A DNA stretch of 64,000 nt from Clostridia bacterium (GTDB taxonomy: Bacteria > Bacillota > Clostridia > Oscillospirales > Acutalibacteraceae), in the NCBI GenBank assembly GCA_024404115.1, contig JAKSQM010000006.1:24394-88393 (forward strand), written 5' to 3'. Numbering within the stretch: the first letter of the stretch is position 1; each line of letters opens with the position of its first letter. Below, piece by piece: positions 11,501-19,126 of the stretch. Made by a program: the position numbers and the translations under genes. The notes beneath the pieces are model-generated. The model was not told the origin of the DNA. It worked only from the letters and a program-made list of their open reading frames with translations, and did not search any database.

Positions 11501-14500
11501 GCGAATGTGTAACCTGTTCTTGTAGGACCAGCAGGAAGAGTGATAGCGTTCTGCTGCCACTGAGCTGTCATGGTTACTGTTGTGTTATTGCCTGCACCGA
11601 AAGCTGTGGCTGATGTTGCGCCTGCATTATAAGTGCGGCTGTCTCTGTTGCTCAACCAGTTAAGGAATGTGTAAGTTGAATTCAGAGATGATACTGAACC
11701 TGAACCACCGTTAACATTAAATGAAACAACCTTGCTTGCAGGAGCAGTGAATGTGTTAGCAGCCTTTGCAGTTACGTTTGTGCCGTAAGTTGCAGTCTGT
11801 GTCTGGTCTGCGCCTGAGCCACCACCATTTTTATAAGTGATAGTGATTGTGTTAGGTGTCCAATGAGCATAAAGAGTAAGAGCATTGTTGTTGCTGCCGT
11901 GGTCTTTAATTGTAAGGCTTGAGCCTGTGCCGTAAACCTGATTTCCGCCGCTGCGTGCATCATACCAACCAGCGAACTTGTAACCTGTGTTTGTGGGAAC
12001 GTTTACTGTCTGAGTTGTGCCATATTTAGCATTTGTCAGTGTGGCATGAGTTGTTGCGTCAGTTGAAGTGTAGTTACGGTTAAATGTGATTGTGAACTGC
12101 TTAATGTCGAATCTTGCATAAGTTGTCTGTGCAGAAGCAGGCATATTCCTTGTGTAAGGATTGTCTGCTGACAATTTGCTTGATTCGTTAGAGCCTGTGG
12201 GATATGCTGAATACCAACCAACGAAGTAATAACCTGCAGCAGGAGTTGCTTTCAAGGTGTAGTTTGTCTGATAGTTGATAGAAGCAGTTGGGCTTGCGCC
12301 AGCTGTGCCGTTGTTGATAGCAACAGTACCACCAGTTGTGTTGTTAGACCAAGTGGTTGCATTAGCCGCAGTGTTGCTGTAAGCCTTAGCAGTTGCGGTG
12401 AATGTCATAGCATTCCACTTTGCGTAAAGTGTTACAGTTGCACCGTTTTCTGCAGTAAGGTTATGAACCTCTGCTTCATCAGCATACTTAACTGCACCTG
12501 TAGAAGATTCTGCCCAGCCGGCGAATGCATAACCTGTTTTTACGAATCCGTTCTTGGTAAGTATAACACCAGTGTCATAAGCAACATCATGTATTGTTGC
12601 TGTTGAGCCGCTTGTGCTGCCGTTGCCGTCGAATGCGATATTGTATTTATGAGGAGTCCACAAAGCTGTGAATGTAGCTGTGTCGGTGTCATAATTCCAA
12701 GGATTTATAGCTGTAGGTGAGCTTGTGTTAGCAGGATCCTTATAAGTTTTACCGTCAAGGCTGAATTTCCAACCGTTAAAGTCGTAACCAGTCTTTGTGG
12801 GGTTAGCAGCAGCAGAGCCGCCGTTTGTAACTGCACCTACATTGAAGTTTGCATCATATGTTGCAATATCAGCATAGGTTTTATTACCTGTTACACCGTT
12901 GAATGTACCACCATCAGGAATGTATGTTATATCATACTTATTAGGTGTATAAGTAAATGTCCATGTGCAATTTGCACTTGTGCAGTTTTTAACCTCGTCT
13001 GTTGCATCTTTTCCGTCGGGGTCATCTGCAACTGTGTTGATTGTAAGGGTCTTGCTTGAGGGAGCTGTTCTTACTGCACTTGTAAGAGTGTAACCTGTGA
13101 AGTCATTTGAACCTGCAAAAACAGTATCGCCATATTCATAAGTCTTTGTTTCAGCTGTCTGTAAATTTCCGCCTGTTGACTTAACATGGTTAACAGTTGC
13201 TGTGCCAGTGTTCTTTTTAAGACCTGATGCAGCAGATGAAAGTTCTGAAGCAGCTGTGTTTATCTGTGTCTGTGTTGAAGTAGGATTTCCAAGAGTTTCA
13301 GCAGCTTCTTTTATTTTCACTTGATATGCATCCCATGTTTCTGATGTATACCATGACGAATCCTTGCCCGAATCTACCTCTCTTGTAAGAAGATCTCTTA
13401 AAGCTTGTGTTGTTTTATAAGTAACATTAAGATACACCTTTGGGTTAGCTGAAGCTATACGTCCATTACAATATCCCTGAAGAACTACTGTTGTTGATGT
13501 TGTTGATGTTGCGATATCTAATTTAGTGGAATTACGTGTTCCGCTAATATCGTTTCCACCATTCGGCAATAATGCAACGCCATTATTATTTACCGCACTT
13601 GCACCATACAGATAGTAACCCATGCTTCTATTACGGTTTGCAGTTTCACCGTTCTGCCATGCTTCATGAACATCTATACCACCTTTAAGATTCGGAATCT
13701 GATTAAGATTGCTATATCTTGTGGAGTCAACGCTAATATTACCTTCATAGTATCCTGTAACATCATAACTATTCGAGTCATTTACCCAACCACAGGTTTG
13801 ACCTATACCGCCGCTAATGTAAACAACTGCTCCCTTTGATTCATCATTTGATGAAGTAAGTTTATCATCTTTTGGTGTGCTTGTTTTAACAGCGTTTGAA
13901 ACTGTAAGAGGTGGATTCCTAAATCCTCCCACTTTATCATAGGTAGATGTGTTCCCGTGAGAACCAGTAGTAATGCTATGAATACCTGTTACCCACACAG
14001 ACGCATTACCGATACATGCATACTTTGAGGTACCCTTGTTTCTCGCAAAAGCCTCTGCACCAACAGTTGAATTTGACTGACAGAGCGGAGCATACACATT
14101 TGTATAATTCTTAACCGTAACTGGTTTTCCGTCTATTGTATAAGTTGCAGTCCAAGTAATTGTAGATTTTGTATTCTGCGCAATTGATGAGTTTAAGGCA
14201 GAATTTGTCTGACTAATTGTTCCCTCAATCTTACCATTATCTGAAGTGAAAACATTACTTCCGCTTGCAACATTATTAATTTTTGCGCCTTCGCACTTAA
14301 TCGTTACATTAGTTGCACCAGGGTAATTAAAATAAACATTACCTGAAGATTTCTCACCAGTTCTAAGTGCACCAGCATCAGAATTTTCACGGTCGACGAA
14401 ATATTGAAAATCAGACATATTTCCAGAGGCAGCTGGCTTAAGATAAACAGTTTCAGGAACATAGAAGAAAAGAGCTTCTGCTGTGTTATTCTTTATAATT

Positions 14501-16149
14501 TCTTTCTGTGCCGCTGCAATTGTTGACTGTGAAACAGAAACAGTGTTAGTTGTTGCTGTTGGGTCGCAAAGGATGCGAGCCTGTGTTCTCATATTGCTAT
14601 AGTATGAGCTGAAGCTTGGATATGTAACCTTGTCGATATTTGACTTCAAGCCCTCGCAATATGCATGACGGATATCACCCTTATTAACAGCTGTGGTCAT
14701 AAGACCAACGCCCAAATAGAGGTTACATTCACGGTCGAAACCTGAAAGGTCATGTCTGTAATGTGAAGAAACATATGTTCCGCCATTCTGAATAGGACCG
14801 TTAAGGGTGTAAAGACCCCATGTTCTTGCGTTATCGTCATCTTCGTTAAACTCTGAACGGTCAACAGCCGCCTGAACACCAAGGCTTGCCTTGTCTTTAT
14901 GTGCGCTGCCGCCCTGAAGTCTGATATAATCAAGATAAGCATATTCACCGCCACGCTTTGCGTAATAACGAACATAGCCGACGCTGAAGTTAGGAATCTG
15001 ATTATAGTCTGTGAAACGGGATGTATCAACAACTTCGTATGCGATACCTGAATATACACCCGATGTTGTCATTCCACTATCTGAAACATCGCCGTTATTT
15101 GAGCCCGAAATGCCTGTTGGGCTTGCATATGAACCCCAGCCATTAGTTGCATAGTCTGTGAAGAAATAGAAGTTTTCTGCTGCTTCATTAACTGCGTTGG
15201 GGCAAACCATAACGGTCTTTGTGCCGGTTGTGGGGAAGTTTGCCTCTGAAGCATGACCGTTTGATACAGAGGGAACAGTGTAAACACTGCCGTTATTCTT
15301 CTGACCACCGAATCCAATAAGAGGAGCAAGGTAAGGTCTTGCTGTTACGCCTGAAGCGAAGTCGTTTTCTTTCTTTGTGAAAGCGTGTGAACGGTTACCA
15401 ACAGTAGCATAGTTCATAGCACCAGTTACAAACAGGAAACCTGATGCAGAAGGCTCATTACCCAAACTACCTGTGTGCTTTGCACGACCTGTTACACCAG
15501 TGAGCTGAAGCATAGGCTTGTAAATACCTGTGTACATAAACTCAAGGCGATTCTGAGCCGTTCCGTTTTCATCTTTAACGGTGTAAGCTACTACCCATTC
15601 GATGATATAAACATCACCCTCTGTTGCGTTCGAAAGCTCTGCATCTTGTGTAATGGTAAAAGAAGCTGAGTTTGTACCACTTGCAATAGCTGTTCCTGAT
15701 GTTACAGTTGATGCTGTTTCTGAAACGCCAGCCTTTGTAATGTTCTGGTAAACATTAAAGCGGAGATTTGAAGTAGCAAAATCTTCATAAGTGTAGCTTG
15801 ACTTGCTTGTTCTATGCCAAAGGTTGTTGACATAAATCTTAACGCTTGTTGCGTCAGGATTTGAGAAAGAAACAGTACCAGTTGTTGCTTTTGAATCACC
15901 AGCTTTTCCAGTTTCAACATCAATAAGGCTGAAATACTGGAAATTGTTTGAACCAGGCTTAAGATAGATTGTTTCGGGTGCATTTGCTATCTGTTTAGCC
16001 AGTGATGAACCTGTTTTGTTGGTTTCAACATCAACCCATGCTTTCGCATCCATTTTTAACGTGCTTGGGTCAAAAATGAAAAATGTTGTTGCCAAAAGAA
16101 CCAGTGTTAGGAAAATGCTTAATGTTCTTTTAAAGATTTTTTTAACCAT
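4633..16149 (-). CDS. Giant secreted repeat protein (3838 aa) with a Listeria-Bacteroides/Flg_new repeat array, probably an adhesin
   Basis: A single uninterrupted ORF with an AGGAGG site 9 nt upstream. The N-terminal signal-like segment reads MVKKIFKRTLSIFLTLVLLATTFFIF. About 20 repeats carry the motif GY.F.GW...G......Y.....L.A.W. I saw no LPXTG, SLH, dockerin or choline-binding motif. Confidence 0.9.
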   Translation of the reverse strand: MVKKIFKRTLSIFLTLVLLATTFFIFDPSTLKMDAKAWVDVETNKTGSSLAKQIANAPETIYLKPGSNNFQYFSLIDVETGKAGDSKATTGTVSFSNPDATSVKIYVNNLWHRTSKSSYTYEDFATSNLRFNVYQNITKAGVSETASTVTSGTAIASGTNSASFTITQDAELSNATEGDVYIIEWVVAYTVKDENGTAQNRLEFMYTGIYKPMLQLTGVTGRAKHTGSLGNEPSASGFLFVTGAMNYATVGNRSHAFTKKENDFASGVTARPYLAPLIGFGGQKNNGSVYTVPSVSNGHASEANFPTTGTKTVMVCPNAVNEAAENFYFFTDYATNGWGSYASPTGISGSNNGDVSDSGMTTSGVYSGIAYEVVDTSRFTDYNQIPNFSVGYVRYYAKRGGEYAYLDYIRLQGGSAHKDKASLGVQAAVDRSEFNEDDDNARTWGLYTLNGPIQNGGTYVSSHYRHDLSGFDRECNLYLGVGLMTTAVNKGDIRHAYCEGLKSNIDKVTYPSFSSYYSNMRTQARILCDPTATTNTVSVSQSTIAAAQKEIIKNNTAEALFFYVPETVYLKPAASGNMSDFQYFVDRENSDAGALRTGEKSSGNVYFNYPGATNVTIKCEGAKINNVASGSNVFTSDNGKIEGTISQTNSALNSSIAQNTKSTITWTATYTIDGKPVTVKNYTNVYAPLCQSNSTVGAEAFARNKGTSKYACIGNASVWVTGIHSITTGSHGNTSTYDKVGGFRNPPLTVSNAVKTSTPKDDKLTSSNDESKGAVVYISGGIGQTCGWVNDSNSYDVTGYYEGNISVDSTRYSNLNQIPNLKGGIDVHEAWQNGETANRNRSMGYYLYGASAVNNNGVALLPNGGNDISGTRNSTKLDIATSTTSTTVVLQGYCNGRIASANPKVYLNVTYKTTQALRDLLTREVDSGKDSSWYTSETWDAYQVKIKEAAETLGNPTSTQTQINTAASELSSAASGLKKNTGTATVNHVKSTGGNLQTAETKTYEYGDTVFAGSNDFTGYTLTSAVRTAPSSKTLTINTVADDPDGKDATDEVKNCTSANCTWTFTYTPNKYDITYIPDGGTFNGVTGNKTYADIATYDANFNVGAVTNGGSAAANPTKTGYDFNGWKFSLDGKTYKDPANTSSPTAINPWNYDTDTATFTALWTPHKYNIAFDGNGSTSGSTATIHDVAYDTGVILTKNGFVKTGYAFAGWAESSTGAVKYADEAEVHNLTAENGATVTLYAKWNAMTFTATAKAYSNTAANATTWSNNTTGGTVAINNGTAGASPTASINYQTNYTLKATPAAGYYFVGWYSAYPTGSNESSKLSADNPYTRNMPASAQTTYARFDIKQFTITFNRNYTSTDATTHATLTNAKYGTTQTVNVPTNTGYKFAGWYDARSGGNQVYGTGSSLTIKDHGSNNNALTLYAHWTPNTITITYKNGGGSGADQTQTATYGTNVTAKAANTFTAPASKVVSFNVNGGSGSVSSLNSTYTFLNWLSNRDSRTYNAGATSATAFGAGNNTTVTMTAQWQQNAITLPAGPTRTGYTFAGWYDASTGGNKIGAAGTSYTPSASIELFAQWTVNAHDVNVYAYGNSVTGTTTWTSGVGGTVSGKGTYNYGASFTVSATPATGYKFVGWYTAAPTNGTTWGSTVTPASTMGESNLTYYARFDLVYCEVKAYAYSNTFAAQTSWANNTTGGTVKVVGATTDNADTASASGKVITGNSATVSATAKTGYHFVGWYDSATVSGTPVNTNASITVAYNASGASKYARFDINVNTLKVDKNDGSTPATYSKAGGQTQTVSNPTRTGYTFGGWTKSPATLNGTLSGTTYTFPTSVYGQTDTLTAKWTANKYTIAFNKNDTAATGTMSNMTNCAYDTSYTLTANAFTKTGYTFAGWATTSDGSVAYADKASVKNLSTVDGATVNLYAKWTVNKYTVKLHAMTQAADGTFSESTTGGTVATAGTFDYDSTISITATAKTGYTFAGWFSNSGMTTSVSTVPTKMGAANIEYWAKFTVNKYNITFNGNTSTSGSTASMNNCVYGVAYTLTANGFAKTGYTFTGWNTKADGSGTAYANKASVTSLSSTNGANVVLYAQWTINKYNVVLHAMTEGTNGAYTESTTGGTVSGAGTGINHGTALSISATPATGYKFDGWFSNKEMTTSASAPSTATANVELWAKFSIAKYTLTVKAYSNTAGSTNYTNNTTGGTVKIDSGTAGATATASVNYNGTPKITATAATGYKFDGWYSSATINSSGVVTAWGTRYSTSTAPNSEAMTANRTYYAKFTLKSITVNYNANGGTNGAITSATAYYGQALTIGATPTRTGYKLVGWAESSTATSGVTTVAVSTVNTWVDAGTAKTLYAVWQQYQYDEVFLSASNSANDLGSYKINENGGTIALKSGVTKINTGDKILDKLTITPKTGYEFVEIRYKVVSSFYAKDSNVNVTTWTGSFTTKDTAYQTMPAFEDQAKVEFIAYFSVCQFNATAYAYSNSVSGGYTNTAAGGTVKCGQTGAPGATAQESAYYGDTNGVTFFATPNTGYTFAGWYSDAGLTKQVTTASSIKVILGDDRADANVNKRYAKFSINTHNAYARAKYYTDGFDNAEGAGINGITGGTVTVSTSTANATTTGNDAVSVAVKYRDVVTYTATPATGYEFAGWYYSSDASDDENIEEAEAFDIDLEISTLMPDADMRIHGKFVPYNFVVTLDPAYGTNGPIAEVTLTYNQGVTLTSEAKPIRSSYAFIGWSETLGATTPTYKHVDSNCTIGSDVVNRWFASLPKNDDGTLQNDHYVIYAVWETATYIVTFENQGGVGGPAQVEVTLGEKMPTLSSLPTLEGYKFKGYYFEADTSDESTKYYNEDGTSAKNWDIADDTVLYAKWVCPVLKDAIYDENTGKWTYIYEGAKGTDVTTAPTTETTTKQGITDNAPAGAKEVSLTDKTNVTPVKDRIKATEEINLNHYTAAALDKLLENVTKTNTDLKRNGLTQVELNEYVAKLAHYTDIDVTGNKDTTEKNKPSIKLYETKEKIKLVKNETLTKDESVTKENYGKPSSNDGSSYIYTDKYSYHKDAAVDYYIYTNSRTPVIALEIDDGEVGTSVYNNKASYPTNSIVTADCDSSVVPNKDNSVMYSAVPATEDINGAWFSKYTKANIGVGNYDYNAKEIVYLTPTFTPTSTISTTDEIVYTITPSDDAYVPNVGMTKSEIANIPANQAESFSTYKTSKGSAESITVCVCYHNSMNGTSDEGGIEGEDYLQMYIDQPQSGLQYHDIWLDQMHLFRQSGGANNWEIVMAQESVYPVQDETYKDTGYVLGSFAYIFDASTEPTATSFAEAKDFDAAKDAIIKSIKNSASEKQSAILSSSHSEHYTYEKGLGFFQINGWSCNFYPKRGSYVYAHLIDRWGNQFNKVWKCFNTEDYTPVVTGKTSTGFTVTEAGGSNLATITIDNTDIDFLTDLDSSFSDDVFITSGNEFVISTGKAKAKLPMVITDNAGNQIKGNIPTDANGNIKFIIEDLDADLTDGSYTFMLNDKEVKLYAREPAIVRDATMPSVIISGEQVTATVVTSANATKVQLVENGYTRTYYKTGSNVEITENENGTLTWTLSPSNLTLGTHTFDVRARDDKGVWHDSQFTVSTRVISKPNTDAKAIVSLGAASAYAGEKVVLKIETIAGTQGIRISDDNGFSNTIYRNEEFISATDDGNEIWTVNGGAFDTAGQYNVTVYGQYNGTWQKTETISNTVTVTYKPATGAAIYKVDILTKEIKVGQKAVFEVITNAKTQKVQFIYSGTTATYTPTMVQVVDNGDGTLTWTIEKNISTYGENDIMIKAKSSLGWTDAVSYGTVTVVK
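7510..12950 (-). repeat. Coding array of about 20 Flg_new (InlB B-repeat-like) modules
   Basis: Recurring motifs include GYTFAGW, GYKFVGWY, GYKFDGW and LYA.W / YA.F. Two alternating subtypes are visible: a canonical module of about 70 aa, and a longer module carrying TTGGTV. Confidence 0.8.
13420..15975 (-). repeat. Two paralogous copies of an unassigned N-terminal domain in the giant protein
   Basis: Copy 1 starts at ETIYLKPGSNNFQYF (aa 59) and copy 2 at ETVYLKPAASGNMSDFQYF (about aa 564). They share later landmarks: ...TDYNQIPNFSVGY versus ...SNLNQIPNLKGGI. Copy 1 is about 150 aa longer. Confidence 0.6.
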
Positions 16150-16311
16150 TTTATCATACCTCCTATAGTATGTGATTTGGCTGCTTTTCCGCCTGCCTTT
16201 TCAGCCCTGACCATGCCTACCGCAGATTAAAAAATCCGCAATCAGCAGGTTTATTACAGCCTTGTTTTGAATTTTAGATAGATTTTCACACTATCCTTAT
16301 ACTCATAATAA

Positions 16312-16340
16312 ATAATACTAAATAAATATGCCTTTGTCAA
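16312..16340 (-). promoter_or_regulatory. Putative sigma-A promoter TTGACA-17-TATTAT for the giant gene
   Basis: On the minus strand, TTGACA (16340..16335) and TATTAT (16317..16312) are separated by 17 nt. This implies a 5-prime leader of about 155 nt. Confidence 0.45.
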
Positions 16341-16548
16341 TGGATTTTTTGCATATTTGTTGAACTTTTTTAACATATTTTCAAACCCGAAAATCGTTGA
16401 TATTGCTTGACTTTTTCGCATTTTTGCCAATATTTACACAAGGAATCCACACCATTTTGACAGTTTTTGCACAAGGGGTCATATATGTAGTGTTTTATGT
16501 TAAAATTTTAGTCATTTTTTATTAAAAATTGCAGCAAAAATAATAAAA

Positions 16549-16573
16549 AACGGCAAGAATTTCTTCCGCCGTT
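16549..16573 (-). terminator. Rho-independent terminator of spoVT
   Basis: On the minus strand, ACGGCGGAAGAA-ATT-CTTGCCGT is followed by TTTTTTATTATTTTT, about 20 nt after the stop codon. Confidence 0.75.
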
Positions 16574-16592
16574 TCATATTGCCAAATTCGGA

Positions 16593-17123
16593 TTATTCCA
16601 TCTGTCTGCCGATAAACGATGCGGCTACCTGTGCCAGCTTCAAATCGGTCTGTGATGGCTGTATGCCCTCTGCTGAAAGAAGCACAACTGCACCCAAAAC
16701 GTCGCCGCTGCTGATAATCGGCACTGCCACCGCCGCATTATGCTCCACGCCCTCAAAAGGTGTCAGTTTTTCGCCCTGAGTGCGGACAAATGCGGAGCGA
16801 CCCTCCATAAGCTCCTCAAGCTCGAGGCTGATGCGTCTTTCTGCAAATTCACGCTTTGATGCGCCTGCAACCGAGATTGCGTGATCCCTGTCGCAAATGA
16901 TGACGGGCATGGTTACATTGCGATAAAGCACGTCGGCATACTGGTCGGTGATGTCGGTCAGCTCGCCAACGGGCGAATATTTTTTAAAAATCACGCCTCC
17001 CTGTGTGTCGGTGAAAATCTCAAGAGGCGCACCCTCTTTGATGTGCATTGTGCGGCGGATTTCTTTGGGAATTACCACCCTGCCGAGGTCATCTATTCTT
17101 CTCACAATTCCTGTGGCTTTCAT
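16593..17123 (-). CDS. spoVT: Stage V sporulation protein T (AbrB-family transcriptional regulator)
   Basis: The N-terminus MKATGIVRRIDDLGRVVIPKEIRRTMHIKEGAPLEIF is the SpoVT/AbrB swapped-hairpin motif. At 176 aa with a GAF-like C-terminal half, the length is typical of SpoVT. Confidence 0.85.
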   Translation of the reverse strand: MKATGIVRRIDDLGRVVIPKEIRRTMHIKEGAPLEIFTDTQGGVIFKKYSPVGELTDITDQYADVLYRNVTMPVIICDRDHAISVAGASKREFAERRISLELEELMEGRSAFVRTQGEKLTPFEGVEHNAAVAVPIISSGDVLGAVVLLSAEGIQPSQTDLKLAQVAASFIGRQME

Positions 17124-17225
17124 TTGTGAAGTCTCCTTTTTATTTGTGTTGCGTCAATATTATTTATCACAAATTTGCATTTATTCCAAAATATCATCAC
17201 TTTTTGCATTTTTTTTAATTTTCAA

Positions 17226-17254
17226 TTGACTTATTGCACAGAAAAGTTTAATAT
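17226..17254 (+). promoter_or_regulatory. Putative sigma-A promoter TTGACT-17-TAATAT for proS
   Basis: Hexamers at 17226..17231 and 17249..17254 have 17 nt spacing and lie about 35 nt upstream of the proS start. Confidence 0.5.
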
Positions 17255-17289
17255 ATTCTCTGTATGAAAACGAATAGGAGAGTTTAGCA

Positions 17290-19011
17290 ATGAAAGTCAG
17301 CAATTTACTTATCGAAACATTAAGAGATGCTCCCGGCGATTGCATTATCGAAAGCCAGAAGCTTATGACACGTGGCGGCTATATGAAATATATGCACAAC
17401 GGCATTTATTCTCTTTTTGCTCCAACAAAAAGAATGACCAAAAAAATCGAAAACATCATCCGTGAAGAGATGGACAGAATTGACGGTCAGGAAGTTATGT
17501 TCCCCGTTGTTATGCCCGCTTCTCTTTGGGAGGAATCTGGCAGATACACAAGCATTGGCAGTGAAATGGCAAGATTTAAAGACAGGAGCGGCAACGGCGT
17601 TGTGCTTGGCATGACCCACGAGGAGGCTGCTGTTCACCTTGCAAGAAACACAGCTAATTCTTACGCTCAGTATCCTTTCATGATTTATCAGATTCAGACT
17701 AAGTTCCGTGATGAGCCAAGATGCCGTGGTGGTCTTATCCGTGTTCGTGAATTCACAATGAAAGACGCTTATTCTTTCCACACATCACAGGAAGACCTTG
17801 AAAAGTATTATGACCGTGCCTATGTTGCTTATGAAAGAATTTTCAAGCGTGCAGGCGCAAAAAATGTTATTGCAGTTAAGAGCGACTCTGGTATGATGGG
17901 CGGCAGCATTTCACACGAATTTATGCTTCTTACTGATATTGGCGAGGACACATTGGCAATCTGCCCCGAATGTGGCTACAAGGCAAATATGGAAGCTGCT
18001 GATGTTAAGGTTGAGAATGTTGCTGGTGAAAAGGAAGAACTTAAAAAAGTTCACACTCCCGACATCAAAACAATCGAGGATCTTTGCAAGTTCCTTTCAA
18101 TCCCTGCTGATAAGCTTTGCAAGGCTGTTGTTTATCAGAAAAATCTCACAGATGAATACATTATCGTGTTTATCAGAGGCGACCTTGATGTAAACGAAAC
18201 AAAGCTTCGCAATTATGTTGGCGAAGAGATTCATCCCGCAATCATCACTGAGGAAAGCGGAATTGTTGCAGGCTTCATTGGCGCAGTTAATCAGAACGCA
18301 AAAGCTCAGATTATTTTTGATAAATCACTTGAGGGCATTGAAAGCACAGTTTGCGGCGCAAACGAGGTTGATTATCACTACACAGGCTTCAATGTTGAAA
18401 GAGATTACGGCAAAGTTGACTATGTTGATGTTGCAAAAATCTTTGAGGGCGCACTTTGCCCCTGCTGTAGCAAGAAAACAATCACAATTTCAAACGGTAT
18501 TGAGGTTGGTAACATCTTCCAGCTTGGCACAAAATACACCAAGAGCATGAATATGACATATCTTGACCAGAACGGTGTTGCACAGAATCCTATCATGGGT
18601 TGCTACGGCATCGGTGTTGGCAGACTTGTTGCTTCAATCTGCGAAGAGAGCCACGACGATTACGGTCCAATATGGCCCATTTCAATTGCTCCATGGCATG
18701 TTGAAATCTGTAACCTCCGCCGCAAGAACGAGGAAGTAACCGCTCTTTGCGAAAAGCTTTATGATGAGCTTCAGGCAAACAAGGTTGAGGTTCTTTATGA
18801 TGACCGTGATATGCGTCCCGGTTCAATGTTTGCAGACGCTGACCTTTTCGGCATCCCTGTAAGAGTTGTTGTAAGCCCCAAAACAATGGAAAGAGGCGTT
18901 GTTGAAGTTTCCTACAGAGATAAGAGCTTCAAGGGCGATATTGCTATTGATGAAGCCGCAGAAAAAATCACAGAAATGGTTAACGAGCTTCTCAAACAGT
19001 ACGATATTTAA
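17290..19011 (+). CDS. proS: Proline--tRNA ligase (bacterial type with an editing insertion)
   Basis: 573 aa. Class II motifs are visible (FRDE.RCRGGLIRVREFTMKDAYSF, GCYGIGVGRL) and the C-terminal anticodon-binding region reads like ProRS. Confidence 0.9.
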   Translation: MKVSNLLIETLRDAPGDCIIESQKLMTRGGYMKYMHNGIYSLFAPTKRMTKKIENIIREEMDRIDGQEVMFPVVMPASLWEESGRYTSIGSEMARFKDRSGNGVVLGMTHEEAAVHLARNTANSYAQYPFMIYQIQTKFRDEPRCRGGLIRVREFTMKDAYSFHTSQEDLEKYYDRAYVAYERIFKRAGAKNVIAVKSDSGMMGGSISHEFMLLTDIGEDTLAICPECGYKANMEAADVKVENVAGEKEELKKVHTPDIKTIEDLCKFLSIPADKLCKAVVYQKNLTDEYIIVFIRGDLDVNETKLRNYVGEEIHPAIITEESGIVAGFIGAVNQNAKAQIIFDKSLEGIESTVCGANEVDYHYTGFNVERDYGKVDYVDVAKIFEGALCPCCSKKTITISNGIEVGNIFQLGTKYTKSMNMTYLDQNGVAQNPIMGCYGIGVGRLVASICEESHDDYGPIWPISIAPWHVEICNLRRKNEEVTALCEKLYDELQANKVEVLYDDRDMRPGSMFADADLFGIPVRVVVSPKTMERGVVEVSYRDKSFKGDIAIDEAAEKITEMVNELLKQYDI

Positions 19012-19126
19012 TTAAATTTTTAACTGAATAAGGGATGCAGTTTTAAGAAAAATTTTCAACAATTGCACCCCTTATTTTTTATTTAATTTCTTAAAAAAAT
19101 TATAAAAAAATTCGTAATTTCTGAAG

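Noticed and set aside
7510-12950. Possible CRISPR or non-coding tandem array, given the periodic nucleotide repeats.
   Set aside because: The repeats are in frame within one long ORF, are degenerate at the nucleotide level, and encode the Flg_new protein motif. There is no spacer-repeat structure.
16150-16592. Possible invertible promoter (phase-variation switch) upstream of the giant gene.
   Set aside because: I looked for flanking inverted repeats. The only candidate is a weak, gapped 11-12 nt match (16331..16343 versus 16452..16463), and no recombinase gene is nearby.
17124-17289. Possible T-box leader upstream of proS.
   Set aside because: Only about 35 nt separate the likely promoter from the start codon. 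I see no specifier-loop or T-box (AANNNGGGTGGTACCGCG-like) sequence and no terminator/antiterminator pair.
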